A DNA stretch of 64,000 nucleotides from Gracilinanus agilis (lineage: Eukaryota), in the NCBI RefSeq assembly GCF_016433145.1, contig NC_058130.1, forward strand, positions 752,118,929 to 752,182,928. The letters are read 5' to 3'. Position 1 is the first letter of the stretch. Every line of letters starts with the position of its first letter. The position numbers were made by a program, and so were the translations under genes. The notes under the pieces were generated by a model. It was not told where the DNA came from, did not search any database, and was given only the letters and a program-made list of their open reading frames with translations. Shown here one piece after another: positions 61,525 to 64,000 of the stretch.

Positions 61525-63844
61525 GTATTTTTTTGTTCACATTTTTAAATGTTTTATAACAATTCAAATATTGATTTCCCAAACTATACTCTTATCTCAT
61601 TGGTTCATCCTGCTTTTTAATCTTTTATCAATTTCATTTACTTAAGCTTTGTTATCATGTCAAAGGAAGATTGGAACATGAATATTGCTAATATGTTTAT
61701 TATGGTTATATTTTTGCTTAAAATCTCACTTGTCACTTCCCTGCTAAGCCACATAAATCACTTATTAGATCAATAAAAATGGCAATACTCTCATTAGAAT
61801 ACTATTTCTTTTGGGTCTATAATAACAATTCTGCATTAGCTTTAAATCATATAATCCTGACTCACAGGTGTTGTAATCATAGGCCTTTAGTTGAAAGAAC
61901 TAATTGGTCTCCTATTGATGAGGAAACCTTCCACCTGGACACCGAATTAGTTATTCAACAAATATTGGATAGTACCTAGTGTGCTAGAAGGTGGCAGTAC
62001 AAAGAAGAAAATGAAAGGACTTTTCCTCAAAGTGCTTTATCTCCTTGGTGGGGGCAGACTAATGTAGAAACTACTAATGAAACAACACATCTAAAAATAT
62101 GACTAAATAAGAGTGGAGTTATGAAGAAAGGGAAGGGCTAGATAGGGAGAGAGGAAGTAAAGGAAAAGTGGAAAGGGAAAGAAGGAAGAGAGAGAGAAAC
62201 AGAAGGGAGGGAAAGAGAGAAATACGGAGATATGGTAATGTACATGGAGACCCAGAGAGGAACCAGTATACCTGTCTGCAGAGGAGTGCAAAAGACTAGA
62301 CAGCCAAACTAAGGGATAATAGCAGTGAGGGATGGAGAAAGAGGAGCTGATGTTTTATTAGGTCTTAAAGTAATTGTATCCATTTTGTATTGTGATCCTC
62401 GTTTTAGCTATTAGCATTGAAACGATTTGTTGCATATAAGCCAGCTAACTCTAAATAGAATAGTGATTGCAAACACTAGGAGTATCAAGACTTGGCCTTC
62501 CTGAGAGTTACAGGCTCTAGATATTGTTGTTGAATCTATATGAATGCCTGCTGCAACATCTCCAATAACTGGTTGGAAAAACTTTGATGGTTTTCAGTGA
62601 TGGGGAAACCACCTTTTACTTACTTCGCTGCTGTTGAGTTTCTTGAGTATTAGAAACTAAATCTGTCCTATATCTGCATATTTGCAGCTTTTGCCCAGTG
62701 CTCTTAGTTCTTTCCCCTTAAGGCTTAATTGGCCTAATTCCTGAAATGCCAAATTTCACATACCAAAAGACAGTTAACATGACTGCTAAGTCTTATAGGG
62801 ACATTCCTTAAACCAGTTGTCCTTTAGCATGTTCTCCAGTTTTCTCACTGTTCTCACCTCTTTTGGACATTGCTTCTAACTTATCTGTTTTTCCTAAAAC
62901 AAGGTTCCCAAAAGTGAACACTGTATTACATGTATGGCCTGACTAAGGCAGAATTTAGCATTTTTTGATTGCTATATTGTACTCAGTCCACTAAAATTCC
63001 TAAGTTATTCTTACATGAACCTCTTCATTAACCATTCCTTTACTGTATATTGGTGAAGTTGATTTTTGAACCCATTTTGACTCACTGTCTTATTCCTTAT
63101 GCTGACTGTTCCAAACATTGCTTCTCTAACTCCAGCTCCATAACCTCACACATTTTTAGCAGATAAAATAACTTGCTAATGCATCAAGGGGACTGTGGGA
63201 CCATCAAAAGAGTTCTCAGAGGTTCTCCTCTCCAGCCTTTATAACTTCTTAATATCATCAATATCAACTAATATCATAAATTTGTTTGTGCCTTTGATCC
63301 CATTCAGGATTGGGAGGAACTTCAGTGGCCATCTAGTCTGATGACACACCTTAAAACTAATATTCCAGTGACAGTATAAGCCAAGCAGTGTGCTACTTGA
63401 TAAGTGGTAATACAATCTTTCCTTGAAGATCTTTTAGAGACCATTAATCCTCAAGTTAACTTTCATCCATTTTTAGATTAACTACTAGGAAATTGTTGTC
63501 TAAATTCGTTTCTCTCTGACTTCCATGCCTAATCATTTTCCTCCATAGGCTAAATGGAGTAAATCCAATCCCAATCCCTTTTTAGAACATATTCCCTTTC
63601 TCTTAATTGTCATTTTGTCTGCTGGTTTTTTTGCTGATTCCTACAAACATGCCCAACTCAGCACTATTCTTTTTTTTAATCATTTAATGTTTATTTTATT
63701 TTATAATCCTAATTCTACTTAACATACTTTAGGAACCTGTTGTTGAATATATTAAATATTTATCTACCCAGGGGAGTACTATTTCCCCCTCTACTCATAA
63801 AGCCCTTTTTAGTTGATGGCTTTGTCAAGGACTTCATTAAAGAC

Positions 63845-64000
63845 TTTTTTTAAACCTTTACTTAAAATTGATAAGGCAGAAGAGTGGTAAGGGCTAAGCA
63901 ATGGGGGTTAAGTGACTTGCCCAGGGTCACACAGCTAGGAAGTGTCTGAGACCAGATTTGAACTTAGGACCTACTGCCCTACTGTCTCTGGGCCTGATTC
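63845..64000 (-). mobile_element. SINE1_Mdo-like SINE cut by the window edge
   Basis: ggcagaagagtggtaagggctaagcaatgggggttaagtgacttgcccagggtcacacagc. Confidence 0.85.

Noticed and set aside
62300-63830. Possible long antisense CR1/L3 remnant
   Set aside because: Only faint motif resemblance; boundaries and identity cannot be supported by eye.

Overview
Eukaryotic, not prokaryotic: a marsupial (very likely opossum/didelphid) genomic window syntenic with human 12q24.31. It holds three genes. (1) CDK2AP1 on +: coding exons 2-4 at 12685-12782, 15371-15497 and 22675-22742; exon 1 lies upstream of the window, which starts inside its CpG island. (2) MTRFR/C12orf65 on -: coding exons 26848-27129 and 25694-25930, with the GGQ motif intact. 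(3) The first seven coding exons of MPHOSPH9 on + (43698-61524; the gene continues past the window). MTRFR and MPHOSPH9 are head-to-head on a CpG-island promoter at about 41.1-42.4 kb. Introns carry many SINE1_Mdo-like SINEs (several with clean TSDs), MIR/MAR1 core-SINEs, L1 and CR1 remnants and hAT MITEs with 8-bp TSDs. Best lead: an unexplained coding-like exon in CDK2AP1 intron 2 (acceptor at 14124 or 13941, stop 14555, own AATAAA at 14629). It is in phase with exon 2 and encodes four 21-aa basic/acidic helical repeats (STPR-like) plus poly-Glu, and would replace the conserved C-terminal domain of CDK2AP1. All gene calls come from recalled homology and manual splice-phase checks; no database search was run, and repeat boundaries are approximate.
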